Positions 12,600-25,499 are shown, counted from the stretch's first letter. The stretch: DNA of 64,000 nucleotides from Raillietiella orientalis (GCA_036172245.1 JAYWIR010000049.1:558001-622000); one strand, 5' to 3'. Numbers and translations are program-made. The notes: a model not told the origin generated them from the letters alone.

Positions 12600-13800
12600 C
12601 ACGGAAGTGGGCACCAGCCGGCAGCCCCTACCTAAAGCCACCCCTTCCTAGCTTCTTGGCTTTCTAGCCAGGACGTCCCGGGCTGTGGGTAAGCTCCCGC
12701 AGAAGGAGGGAGGGGCATGCAAGGTCCTCCGTTGTTTCCTATGGTAGACGAGACGCTGGTGAGCACCTCCAGGCCGGCGTTTCCGAGACGAAAAAGCGGC
12801 CTCTACGCCGTATGAAGGAGGCGCAGATACGCCACTGTGCCTGGAGACTCCGAGGAAAGGGAACGGGTGAGGTGACACTCCGCATCCGGAACCAGAGGTT
12901 ATTTCCTCTTCCTCTGCAAGGTTCCTCTCAGGCACTCTCAGCCGTTAGGCCATCCCTGGCTGACCTCACCCCGGAGGAAGGTTCTCCCGTGCTTTGATCG
13001 CTAAAGTCTTGAGAGGTGGGACGGGACTTGGCCTCCACTCCTCCATGGACTGGGTGGTCTTTTGGCTTCCTTCGGCTATCGAGGAAGGATCTCTGCATCA
13101 CGAACGCCTCCGTAAGTTCCCCTCCTCGCCTTTGCGCCTGCGATGGGCCGGAGGACGCCCCTGAAGCTGCCCTCTGAAGAGAGCGCAGCCTCCCCCTCCT
13201 CGAGCTCCCGGCTGTGGAGGGCTGCCTGTTCCTGAAGGCGATGGGTCTTCGTCAAATAAGACGGGAGACTGAACCGGAGACTCCTGGAAAGGGCGTCCCC
13301 ACGTCCTTGAGAACGCTCTATTTGCGTCCAAGTAGTAAGAGGGAGAGATGTGAGCTCTTCCGCGCGTTGTTTTCGGTCATTGACCAACAGCCGTGGGGTG
13401 ACCTCTCCGCCCTTCATGAAGTGACGGACCCACACCCGGGTACAATTCCCAGGAAAGTTACTTTCAGTCTCCAGCATTCTCCAGTTCGCAGCCGAAAGAC
13501 TGCTCGCATGTTCCTCACGTCTCAGAAAGCGGTAGGAGGGGCCCTTTCCCCCGAGCTCCTTTTCTGACCTTTTCCGTCCGCGCACCCCGAGAAACTTCCC
13601 ACATGATCTTCAGCAGCGACATTAAGGATGACGGTCTGTGGGAGAACCGATCTTCGAACACGTTTTTCGCTCCCGATCCTTCTTGCAGCATTCGCGGTCG
13701 ATCTCGAGGGAGACACGGAGGGAGGAGAACTCCGTGGAAAACCAGCTGATGCTGCGGTTCGGTTCGGTGGTTTCCAGCCGAGACGTCCGGGGAGTTATAC
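12600..13800 (-). mobile_element. Highly degraded LINE ORF2 C-terminal remnant
   Basis: PSFCGSLPTARDVLAR resembles the CPxCxxxETxxHxLxxC zinc finger; multiple frameshifts. Confidence 0.35.
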
Positions 13801-14369
13801 GGACGAGCGGGTGCATCTAGAAAGGGAAGGGAGAGGAGCCACGCGTGCCACAAGCGGCCCGAGCAAAAGACCAATTCAACCGAAGAGCAAAGCTTGAGGA
13901 GCACGCTGGGGTGGGGGAAAAAGGAAGGATGGGGGAATGGGAGCAGCGCACATCCAAGGAACGGAACACGACGATCTTGAATCCGCGGAGTAATTTTGAA
14001 TCAACCCATCCAAAGCAAACCAACTTTTGCTCCTTTGCAGCGCCAAGGCGTTCGCTGAAGATTCCCGTCTGCAGCGTCCTTAGGAACACGGGACACGCGC
14101 CTCTTCGTCATGTCTCGCGCCACGCTGTGACCTCTTCGCGCGCCCCCGTGCCTTGCCCCGTCGCAAAGATGACCAAAGATGAAATCGAAGCATCGTGATG
14201 TTTTCCAGCACGCATCCGACCCTGCATCCTCCGCAGCGAGTGTTCTGGAGCGCGCACCGATCGCGCCTTTCCAACAATGCGCGGCTGCCGGTTCCTCCCC
14301 CCCCCCCCCCCATTTTTCGCGGCTCCCGAAAAGTTTTATCGATAAAGCGAGCGAGAGAGGGGGAGAGAG

Positions 14370-14383
14370 GTTGCCATGGCACT
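14370..14383 (+). promoter_or_regulatory. Candidate RFX X-box upstream of NME5
   Basis: GTTGCCATGGCACT, 12/14 match to GTTGCCATGGCAAC, about 500 nt upstream of the ATG. Confidence 0.4.
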
Positions 14384-14542
14384 GGAAATCAACAGCGAGC
14401 GCGATTTACACACGATCGGATATATAGGACGCCTTTTATAGTGGTGGTGGTGGCGGCGTCGCCAAAGTGATGGTCACGTAACCTTGAAGAGAAAAGAAAA
14501 AGCAACCTTAAAAGAAAGCATATGGAATTCACATACGCTGCA

Positions 14543-14568
14543 ACACACACACACACACACACACACAC
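14543..14568. repeat. (CA)n microsatellite
   Basis: About 13 AC units, seen directly. Confidence 0.95.
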
Positions 14569-14883
14569 AGATAAATACATATCCACACCGTAATCGGCAC
14601 AGCCAGCCGTACTTACTAATCACCTCCCACGGCATGCTCGCACACCGATGCCCATGAATCTGGAAACGTGCACACCGTTTCGAAGGATCTTTCACGGACA
14701 TTCTGAAGCTCCGAGAGATCGCGAACACCCCCACTGGCGCCGTGCGCACTCCTCTCGTAGACCCATAGCTGCGACCGGCGGTCGCCACGCGACGGCCGCG
14801 CGAAGGAAGGCTCCGTCAGCCTACGAAAGCTGCCGAGCGATTGTTCGCCCACGGAAAGCGAAGAACCCTCGGGCGCTGGTCCC

Positions 14884-16770
14884 ATGGACGTGGATCCAAA
14901 AGAAGGCTGTTCCATCCACGTGGAGCAGACCTTGGCGATAGTCAAGCCGGAAGCGTACAAATTCTCGGATAAAGTGGCTACTGAAATCAGGAGCCATGGA
15001 TTCGTCATTACAGCAGTGAGTAAGGGTACCTTTGTCGTCAAACCTGTGCTCTCGCCATTGAGGCAGTGAAAACGGGGCAAAAGTACACAGAACAAAGGGG
15101 AAAAAAAAAAAAAAAAATCATCACGGTTGGTAGGGGAGAGTCATCCACGGCAAAACTCATTCGCAGAGTCCAATGATAATGGACTGCATGTTTCGAAAAG
15201 TCGTGCTGTGGGCGGTTACCGCAAAGCGACAGCTGGAGACGGCCCCCGTGTTGCGCAAGCAAAATAGCCTTCAGAATTCTTGCTTTTCGAGTGCTGTTTC
15301 AGCTTCTGCTGCTGAAACAGCCTAGCGTGCGCTCCTAGCTACGGAAAGCCTTCTCTGACAAGCACCGATCTCATTCAGTACCAAAAATCCAGAGCTTTCG
15401 TGAACCATCCATGCGCTTGCATCATCATCATCATCATGTGCAGAAATCATCGGTGCGACTCGTCACAAGCAAACTACACGGCGACTGTCCGCACGAGCGC
15501 TTTCCCGCTCCGTTTGAGAGGTCACGGAGCTGCCTCCGCCGTCGTAGGACCGTTTTGCTATTTACGCCGGTCCACGAGATTCAAGGCACTTGCGTCTTCG
15601 CGGGGGCGAAAAGACGTTACGGCCTTCCTTCCCTCCTGGGACGAATTCACTTTGGGACGGGGTCCTTCCCAGGGTGCAAGCGAGAGGACGGAAACATGGC
15701 CGGAATTTTCACCCGGCAACCGTTTCGTACCGGCGGGTCCATCAAGTGTACACTGCACACGATACATCCAGGTCCCATCACCACATTCACAATTTCCGGA
15801 ACGCAGCTTGTGTAAGGTGTGGGTGACACCTCGACCGAGAAGACACTTTTTTTTTTTCCTTAATCTTTCCCACGGCGGCGCATAAAAACAGCAGAGGAAG
15901 ACGGAAGGCAGCAGCCATGCGTCGGCAAGGGATGCCGACGAAACTTCAGGAGCTGCAGAGAAACGCTTGCCTCTCCGCTGTCCTTCGTTCTTCGGCACAA
16001 GGACGAGGGGCAGGGGTCACCTGATCGGATGGAACTTGTCGAAATCGAACCCCTTCTGGAACCTGCACCGGCACAGGCGCGATTTCGGGATTCACCGCTG
16101 AGGTCTCGGCGTTGGAAAAACCTCGCGTTTTTTACTCTGAGGGCTTGTAACCCCCGCGTTCGATTCCGCGCAGGAAAAGCACACGCGCCTAACCCCCGAG
16201 GAGGCGAGCGAATTCTACGAAGACCACTACGGCGGTCCGGACTTCTCGAACATGGTGAGCTGTTTGTGCAAAGGGGACATTCGCGTCATGGTTCTGGCCA
16301 AGGTGGACGCCATCAAGCAGTGGCAACTGCTGGTGGGCCCTTCCAACGTAAGTAGGGCCACGCGGTCTTCCCAATCCTAGAAACGGCGCAGCTGGAAAAC
16401 GCAACCTCGTCGTTTCCGGGAAGTCTGCGTGCCCGGTACGGCGTGAACGCCATCCAGAACGGGTTCCACGCATCTGGCAGCTCCAGAGATGCTCACAGGG
16501 AAATCCACTTCTTCTTCCCCGAGAGTAAGAACGTTTTGCTTGGTTCCCGAATGGCAAGCCCCCCCAACTCCTACAGTCGTCCTGGAACCGATCATGACTC
16601 CCCTACAAGCACGCGACTACATCTACAACTGCGTTCAAGGAACGTTAATGAAAGGACTGACAGCTCTTTACAAGGAAATGCCTAGGGACCCCATTCAGTG
16701 GTTGGGACACTGGCTCCTGGAAAACAACCCAAACAAACCGCACGTGATCCCCCATCCACGTGGTGAATAA
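14884..16770 (+). CDS. NME5: Nucleoside diphosphate kinase homolog 5 (group II NDPK with C-terminal Dpy-30 motif), 210 aa. Exons 14884-15015, 16174-16347, 16392-16524, 16577-16770
   Basis: VEQTLAIVKPEA, LTPEEASEFY, GPSN..PGSLRARYG..NGFHAS, EIHFFFPE and DPIQWLGHWLLENNPNKP align colinearly with NME5; GT-AG introns, phases sum to 633 nt. Confidence 0.95.
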
Positions 16771-16933
16771 GAGACACTTTTCAAAGCATGAAACATCTGC
16801 CTGTAACACGAAAAGGTACAAAGAAGTTTGTTTTTTTTTGTGTGTTTTTTTTTCCTTCGCCGCCGCAACTTCCATGCCTCTTGCGGACGCACTTGGAACC
16901 TAACGGAGTGAGGTCCCCTTGGTTCGGATGAAT

Positions 16934-16939
16934 TTTATT
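16934..16939 (-). terminator. Probable prosaposin polyadenylation signal AATAAA
   Basis: tttatt on the + strand, about 57 nt beyond the stop codon. Confidence 0.55.
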
Positions 16940-16995
16940 ACGTGCGAAGAATCAAAGAGGGCATGTGGCCGACCCGCGGCCCCAGCAGCTCCCGC

Positions 16996-19900
16996 TCAGT
17001 ACAAGATCACTGACTTCCATATCGTGCTCTGGCAGTAGGCCACGGCCTGAAACGGGATTTCAGGGGCGGCGCGCGCAATGGACGCGACCCTTTACCTTGC
17101 AGGCTTTGGCGTGACTGCGGGAGATGCACCAGTAGGAGGCGCCCGAAGCGCAGTGGGGACCGCCCAGGATGTACCTGGGGTTCTGCCTGGACGAGGGGCA
17201 CATGACCAGCGCCTCGCAGACGTCGCTCCTGTGCACGTTCTGCTCGATAAGCTGAACCAAATGAGGGCCGTACTGGTGGATCACGTCCTTGCACTTTGGA
17301 TCACGGGAGGAACTCGTCCCGCGAACCCGCCCGCTCTGCTTACTCTTTGCCGCATTGGTTCGGGCGCGTACTGAACCACTTTCTCGATTACGGCGTCCAA
17401 GCTCGTTTGGCTGTCGTCGTCATCGCTTCTTCCGGCCCTGTGGAAGTATTCGACGATGCGGTGGCAGACCTTGCATCTTGGCAGGTACACAGGTCCTTGG
17501 ACTTCTGAAACGCGCCAGTAAGCGCCCACGAGTACGAAAATGGAGCCCGAGGCAAAACAGAAGGGAGGCGAGGCCTCTCACCTTTGTCCGAATCGCCATT
17601 CAGCTTGGCCCCGACCAAGGGGCACATCTCGACTTTCTGGCAAATCTGCTGCTGACTTGAAAGCCTGTTGGTCATGAGGAGGACCATGTGGTCCTTGTAA
17701 GGGCTCAGAAGGTGCTCGCAATCCACGTATACGGTCTTCGGCATGCTGTGGCAAATCGACTGCACGGCCACCCTGATCTCCTCGTCGGTCGATTCGTTGG
17801 AAACGGAGGAACGCAGCATCTGCACCGCGTACTCGCACATGATGCACGCGCTGTTAGCGTCTCGCTGCAGCTTGGGCTGCTGCTTCATCGTTCTCGCGTC
17901 GAGCTTCGGAATCTCGTTGCTCGCTGAACCAAAAAACGAAAGCAGCCTGCAGTCACCGCGGGCAATTCGGGAAGAACGCACGCACTCTTCTCGGGGACAG
18001 AGCCGCGTGCGCCGGTACCTGGTTCCTGTGGCGTCGCGTCGTCGACCAGGTTGTGCGTCTCGAAAGAATAGCAGAACTCCAGCACCTTGCAGATGCGCTC
18101 GGGGCTCATTTCTTGAAATATGAAGTTGATGACGACCATGCCGAAGGTGTTCACGAATTCTTTGCATTCCAAGGACAGCTCGGAGTTGGGCAGCTTGGAG
18201 CACAGTTTGTCCACTTCGTCCAGCACTTCCTGGAACAGATCCTGGGTTCTTCCCGATTTTCCTCTGCCCTCGACACAAACCTGGAAGTTCATGTCTTTGA
18301 GCAGAATGATCAGCTCCTTCACCACCAGCTTGCAAATGATGCACTCGCTGCCGCCGAGGGCCAATTCCGTGGAGGCCCGCTGATGGGGACACACGTGTAT
18401 GTCAATGCAAACCTGAAACGAGAGAGAGAGAGAGGAAAAAAAAAGGCCGTCGAAGGCTCTTTTGGAGGGGAACCGTGGGAAATCCCCAGTCCACCCAATG
18501 AACCGAAAACAAGAATGGTCGGGGAGCGCGCAGTACCAAGGAGGGGTCCAAGCGCTGAGCCAACATCACGATTATCGCTTTGCCGTATTCCTCCACGAAC
18601 ACCTCGCACTCGTTCATGAGACTCTCGGGGAGATACTGGCAGCCCATTTCCACGTAGTGGGTGATTTGCCTCTAGCATCATGGCAGGGTTACTACCCGAC
18701 GAGCGGAGGCAACAGACCTCCGTCGTGTCGTTCATGAGGAAGTCCTGCAGGGCATGGAAGAGCAGCTCACACACGTAGCAAAGGTTATCGTCGGCAAAGG
18801 CAATTCCGCCCGTCTTGAAGGCGATCATTTTCTTGTATGCGGAGACCACGTCGGGAGAAGCCGTCAGCCACGACGTTTCCTGCGCCGAAATCAGCGAACT
18901 CGTCAAGACACGGGGAGGACGTCGCTACCTGGTCATCCGACTTCCTGCCGCAAATCCTCAAGGTTGTGCACACGCTTTTACCATCCGAAGATAGCAACAT
19001 CACGTAGAACTCATCGAAGTATTCTTCCAAAAAGAACAAACACTAAAAGGAAAAAAAGGAGCAAACGAAACTCTTTCGCGGTGTTTCCGAGTGTCTTGTG
19101 TTTGTTGTTGCTTTTTCTTTCTCTTTTCCTCCTTCCGATACCAACCTGAGATTTGGCATCCTTTGCGAGACCGCACAGTTCCTGCAAAATGTGCTTCACT
19201 TCATCCTTGGTGGATCCCATCAGAATGAGCTTCCTCCAGTTCTCGAAAACGCGCGCGCAGAAGGAGCATTCGCTGCTCCCGAGATCTTCCACTTCCTCGG
19301 GCCAAATCGAAGGCAAATCCTGGAGACGAAAAGAAGGGAAGGGAAGAGAGAATCGACGCCGGGAGGCAAAAGGGCAATACTTGCTTTCGTGGCCAGAGGG
19401 AAACAGAAACCGCTCAGCATGCAGAATTCCTTGGTGTTCACGTTCAACATGTACTCGCGGATCTCGACCTGGTTCAAGACGACCATCTGGCGACATCCGT
19501 CGCTGAAACTACCCATGTTCCCGCACACCTAACGAGTTTCATGGGTGCGCCGGCGCGCGTTCCTCGACTGGCATCCCGCTTACCATCAGCAGCGTGTTCA
19601 GGAGCCTGTCCGGCGAAGTGGCGTTGATGTCCTGGATCAGCGCGTCCACCATGGAACGGCAGTAGGAGCAGTAGGACGACAGCTTATTCAGAACGGGAAC
19701 GGGCGCGTCGGGCTCGGAGTGGAGGCGCTTTGAGAAATCGTCACTGGCGGCGGCGGCACCAGTGCACAAGCCGATGGAGGCGCAGAGCTGTGAAGGATCC
19801 AGGCGCGCGCGCAGGATGGCGAAGAATTTTTCCGAGTAGTTGTCCACGAGGGTCAGGCACTCGACCCTGAACTCGTCCACCTGTATTGTGCGGCAGGGCA

Positions 19901-22900
19901 GCTCGGCGATCCTCGTCACGGTCCGCTGGATTTCCCTGCTGCAGACGACAGAGCGCACCTGCCGGACCACGCTCTTGCAAGAGGTGCAAAGGTCGCTGTT
20001 GTGAGCTGCACTCCACACACTGTCCATACAGTATCTCAATTTGTTGCATGTCTGCGCTGCACTAGAAGAAGACGGTAAAATAAGACCCGGCCGACGCTGC
20101 TAACTGCCAGACCCTGAATTCACACAACGACAGAGCCCCCCACCCCACCCCCAAACCCGGGGAATTCGAAGCACACGAAGTGCTGAGACGCGACAGAAAC
20201 CTGGTTCGCATAGGGGAGGTTACCCCGGTTACCTCGGTTCCCGTGGTTGGTTGCTAGCCCATGATACACGTTGACAAGAACAGAAAGACCGTGGGTTCCC
20301 GCCTAGGGATTTCAAGTTCGCGACAAGAATTGAGTATCACTCCGGTTGCTTTGCGGTGTTTGCGGACTCTTTTCCGTTCCCCTCGAAACCCAACGATCAC
20401 CGCGTTGCCGAGACACCCATATGTGATCGATTCAGTGATTTATCTTTAAACCCTCGCAACCAATTGACGACGCCCGCTGGCTTCAAGCACTGGCAATGGA
20501 TCTGTGAAATCCAAAGTGGGGTGATCAGATTTCTTCAAGGGCGAGGCTTAAAAATGGGGCACAAAAAAAAAACCTTCTTCTCTGCCGGGGGTTTGCCTGC
20601 AGCAGGCGAGGCACGAACTGTCCCATCCCCCCTTCCCTTCGGAGACTGCAGCTTCAGCAGACTTTTTCGCCTGCGGGACGCCAAAGTGCCCTCGCACTGG
20701 CCTGACCTGCCACTTGGCGTTCAGGCGTCACGGATGATTCCACAAGGCCTTCTTCCTGCAACGACAGCACGACCGCGACCTCCGCTTGTGCTTTCGACAT
20801 CTGCAGCAACACGAGCGGTCGGACCTCTGACCTCCCCTAACCACCGGAAACAACGCACCCGCTTCCTCTGCTCACTGCATACAGCAAAACAACCCAGCGA
20901 ACGAGATGAGCTCGACGTTGCCAAGGCAGCAGCACCTCGGCGCATCTTTCCGCTGCTCCCTCCTCCGCGTGGACCGAGTCGGCGCCGCGTGCGCCGACTC
21001 GGTCACTCGGCAATGTCGCAGCGAGGTGAAACGAAACGAGGTGGGTGCTCTTGCAGTCGAGCACCTGATGGGCTTCGGCGCAGCCCGATGCTTGCGACAC
21101 ATTCCGGACGCAAGGCGGGCGTGAGAACTCGTCCACCTGTATTGTGCAACAGGGCAGCTCAGCGATCCGAGGGCAGGTTTACATGGTACTCGACGGAGGG
21201 GGCCCGCGAGGGAGAAGACGACGCCATTTTCACAGCCGAACGGGAACCCTGAAGGGAAACTGACTCTTTGATTCCGGGAAGGAGGGTCGACATCCAATGC
21301 CGACCGGCCAATGGGGGCACCCAGCTTTCACCGGTGCCGCATCCTTAGCATGTGGACCAACCAGCACCATCTTGCGGGAGGGAGACTCGAAACCCAAGAC
21401 GCGCCCTTATTTCGCGTCGTCAATCCCCTGGGCAGGATTCGACCCCGCGCGCGGCCGCAGACGCACGGTTGCCGACGCAGGCACAGACTATTAGACTACA
21501 GCTCGTACGCACGATTCAAGCGCGCAAGCCATCGTAGGTCACCCGCTTCCACGAATACGCCGGCTTCGTCGACGACTGTGGGAACAGCGGAAGGCGGCAA
21601 GGAAGATCTCCCAGAGAATGCCGGATTCAAAGGGTTTGCGCGAAACAAAGAAACGCACACGGATGGCCGTTTTCCGATGCGAAACTAAAGTACACACGGG
21701 TGCGAGAGGTCGCGCCGGAGGTCACTCGGGAAGCCACCGGCGGTAATGACCAGATCTTCCATCTCTTCTTCTCTCGGTTCATCCGGACGCAGTTCGCGAT
21801 CGCCTTCTGCGTACACCCGAAAGCTGCCAGCGGGCGGGTCACGATTTCTCGCTGGGAGTGACCGCTCTGACGGCAGGTTCACCTCCGTGCTCCGAATCCA
21901 CGACCTTGACACTCGGAAGGTGGTCTTTTACGGGCCTGCTAAACCCGTGTGCCGGCGTTACCAAGTGCGCCTGAGGCGAAGAATTCCGCCGCCTGGTTCA
22001 CCGGGGTAGCGCAGGTCGAAAGATGGCTCGGGCTGGGGAGGTCCGTGCTCGGTCGTTCGGTGCGTCAAGCGGATCACCGCAGCACTGGGCATCAGACGGC
22101 ACCGTCATCTATCCGACCACGATTCGCTAGGTAAGCAGTGCTCGGTTATGCGCAGTAGAGGAATTTGCAGCTCCAACATCGCCGTTGCTGGGGTCCCAGC
22201 ATCCCAACGAGCCGCCGACAAGCGCGCAGAAACGAACGTTGGGTCCCCTCAGAGCGAAAGGGAAAGCGGATGCAGGGCGCACCACTTGAAACCGGCTTTG
22301 TGATGTCAAAACGGCATGGCGCCTCTCCGGTGATCTCTAAGAACGCAGGGTGAGCCACTTGAAACCTCAGCGCGTTTCGCCCGGACTTGAGGCGGGCAGG
22401 CTCGGCGCCTCTCACCCTGCCTTCTGCTTCTTTTCTTTCAAGAGCCGTCTTAAAGGCTGCCGTTGTGCTGCGAACGAGCAGGCCCGAGCGTCACGCACCA
22501 TCGTCGGTTCCTTTCCCGAAAAATAAACCCTGGATCCACCAGAATCGAAGCCAAAGAAAGATAAGGAGTGCACAAGATGGTCTTTCAGTTGCGATCCATG
22601 CATCCTTTCGTCACTTCCCTATAGGGATGTACGCGAAGGACATCTTTCAGCAACAGAACCCCTTCGAAGGTGAAGAGGAGGAGGGGAAGGAGGAGGAAGG
22701 AAGGGAGGCAGAGAGAGAAAGGAGGAGGGAGGACGAGGAAGAGGAAGGGAGGAGGAGATGCCCCTTCGGCCACCTCGCAGGTCTGCTGCTTCGATGATGT
22801 CTGCAAGCGCGCGAGCTCGCTGGTTGCCGCTCTGAGCTCCTCGCAGGGCAAACGCGGAATCTCTTTCGCACTGGAGTGCCATCACGTTGTGTCAGCAACG

Positions 22901-24833
22901 TGATGGTTACATGGCATTCCAAGGCTGCCGTTACGTCTCCCTAAAGACGGACGGGAGAGATTCCGATCCTTGCAGTACAGTCCAACGGAAGAGACGTCTG
23001 TGTCCAAGTGGTTTCCACAGCTCCCGTGCTCCGCAACTTCGGAAGAACGGGGACGCGTTCGGCTTTCACGGTCCCCGCGTGGCTCCTTCTCTAGGGCCGT
23101 TCCGAAATTCGAAACGGGGATCGCAGGTATTTTCTGGAGCGACGCAGAAATTGCCCGTGAACCTACTTTACCCCTGTGCGCCAGCTGCGCGGTCGGATTG
23201 CGATCGCGGGGGGTCCCATCTTCGAAGGTCTTCCGCCCCGGACGTTTCTAGGCGATCCGACAGACGAAAACAACGCACGGTGCGTTTCGATCGGCTGGAA
23301 GCACCGAGAGATGGGAACCTGAGCATCAGAAAACAGGGCGCCGCCGCAGGGGGGGAGAGGAGGGGGAGGGGGGAAGACGCACGCGAAATGGTGCACGGCC
23401 GAAGACGCTGCGGGGTGAGGACGAGCAGAGGAGAACGGAAGAAGCCTCCGAAAGGCCCCCGGAGGCGACGTCCCTCGATCCAGATGCCGGCCCGATCTCG
23501 CGGGAGAAGCGCCCGAAATCACCCGGGAGTGCGCTCAAGCGCGCGGCGGAGCTGGTGAGCTCCCTTTTATCAGCGGGCCTCACGTCGCCGTGGAAACGGA
23601 ACCGACGCGCGCGCCCACCCACCCGTCTTTGGGTCGGGCGGGCGCATCTGGCGAGCCGCCGTTTGCCAAATGCGCACTTGATAAGAAGTGCATCTCGACG
23701 AAATCGGTCCACATCTCCCGAAAAAACATCACGGGACTCGACGCTCCTCTCCCCGTCGGCGAGGGAAGCAGCAGCCCGGTTTTTGCTTTCGCGAAAAAAT
23801 GCGCATTCGGCGGCAGGCGCGGCGCCTCTCCAGAAGGGAGGGGGGGGGGGGGGGAAGAAATCAAAAAGACTCGAGGGGAAGAAAGGGGGAGGAGCTGGAG
23901 AGGAAGGGGGGAATCGAAAGGACGCGCGAGGGAAGGGAACCACGCGAAGAGATACGCATTTCAGCGCGTCACGTGGCACGGGGGACCGAAGGAAATGCGG
24001 ATAATTACCGAACTGCGGATAATGGGCGCGCCACAGGAAGCAACCGGCCGACCTGGGCGCGCTCGCGGCACGGCTGCCTGTCGGTGAAAACTGATACAGG
24101 AAGAACGGAAAGGGAAATGCGCGTGTGTGTGCATCCGACGATCTCGGAAGGGAAGGCGGGGACGGAAAGACGCAGCGGGCCTGCGAAAAGCTGAGGCCCG
24201 CGCCGGAGGGGTCGAGGCTCCTCCAGCTGTCCATCGAGCGGCGGCGGTTTCACGCAGTTTCCCCGTCTCCCCCTCCCCGGGGGGGCTCGGGAGAAAAACG
24301 TCCGCGGAGCGGTCGCAAGGTCGGACGTCTGTGGCAAACTCGACCGGCGGCGAACTTTTCGAAAACTCTTTCGAGCCGGCTAGGTTTCGCCGAAGCCACG
24401 GGAACAGAGCGGAGCCTGCGGGGGGAGAGGGGGGCACCCCCAGCGAATCCGAACTTTCGGGAGGAAAAAAAACAAAAAAGAAAGGCACGCGGCTGAGTTC
24501 GAATGCCAACGACTCGCACCCCTCTGAAGACGCTTTTCGCGCGCGTGCACTCTCCCGACGCACGCGATTCCGCGCGGAAAATGAGGGGAGAGGGGGGGGG
24601 GGGAGGGAGGAGTGTGAAAGGGGATCAAAACGAAGGTACCCCCCCCCCTCGTACCTCAAATCCCGGCACCAATACTCGCTTCCTCTCCGGCACTGCTCTC
24701 TTCCGAGCAACTCTTGACCACCATCACGTGCATGGGACGCATTCAGTGGCGATTCGATTTTGGCGGGCTGGACCGAACTGCCCAGAGACGACAACAGCAG
24801 CAGCAGCAGCAGCCAAGCGAGATGGGAAAACAT
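16996..24833 (-). CDS. PSAP: Prosaposin / Saposin-related protein, SapA-7xSapB-SapA, ~830 aa. Exons 24833-24655, 20061-19584, 19528-19385, 19319-19146, 19042-18929, 18879-18718, 18671-18537, 18412-18281, 18241(or 18229)-18019, 17923-17582, 17504-17344, 17293-17096, 17046-16996
   Basis: Signal peptide; SapA LLGREQCRRGSEYWC..C..YC..VW; seven CxxC...C...C...CxxxxxC domains; C-terminal SapA LGGPHCASGASYWC..YCQSTIW. Exon phases all consistent (2493 nt). Alternative upstream ATG at 24860. Confidence 0.95.
21240..21482 (-). mobile_element. Repeat family B copy in prosaposin intron 1
   Basis: Head gcctgcgtcggc; T-arm GCGGG-GTCGAAT-CCTGC; second arm gggtttcgagtctcc; body similar to other copies. Confidence 0.7.
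21650..22020 (+). mobile_element. Tx1-type ORF1 remnant
   Basis: KVVFYGPAKPVCRR resembles the VFYxGQPKxCRxC knuckle lead-in; shares gaggt.gcgcc.gaggtcac with 32960-32980(-). Confidence 0.45.
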
Positions 24834-25499
24834 GTCGACACGACACGACACTTCACGCATGATGCCCGGCGATTTCGACGGCCCTTCACTGCTCTACCGC
24901 CAGCTACCAAAATACCGCCAGGCGTGAGCGCTCGAGGCGCCCATCTAGCGGAGGGAGCTCCAAGCTCCTCTGCGCCGCCGAACCGCACCGTGGTGAGTGC
25001 TCGACCAAAGGAGAGCGTGGAAACCTTCTTCTTGCACAGCCCCCCCGGTATCCGGGGACCGTCGTCCTGCAGAGAGTCCTGGAGGAGGTGCAGAAATGCT
25101 GAGGGTTCGATAAGCGCCGAAGCTTCGGGGAAGATCGCGCACGCTGGAGAGGGGAGGAAGGCGAAGATGCGTTTGCCGCAAGTTCTGGGAGAGCAGAGGC
25201 GGAGTGCGTGGGTCTCAGTCGACCCCTAGGGCGGGGAAGGAAAGCATGTCATTCCTTGGAACTCTTCCGCTTCGCTGCTGCTGCTACTGGGGTGACGGCG
25301 ACTTCACACCCACGGCTTCACGAAGACGAAAGAGTCTGCTCCGCGGGGTGATGGTCGTTCCCGTGAGTTGAAGTCGGATAGAAGATGAGGCTGGAAGGGG
25401 GAAGGGAGAAGGCTGAACTTTCGTTTTCGAAGGACGAGGAAGAAGAACAACGATGAGAACGTGGAGAGGAGCCTTCGTTACTGGCCAAGAGATGGCGGG

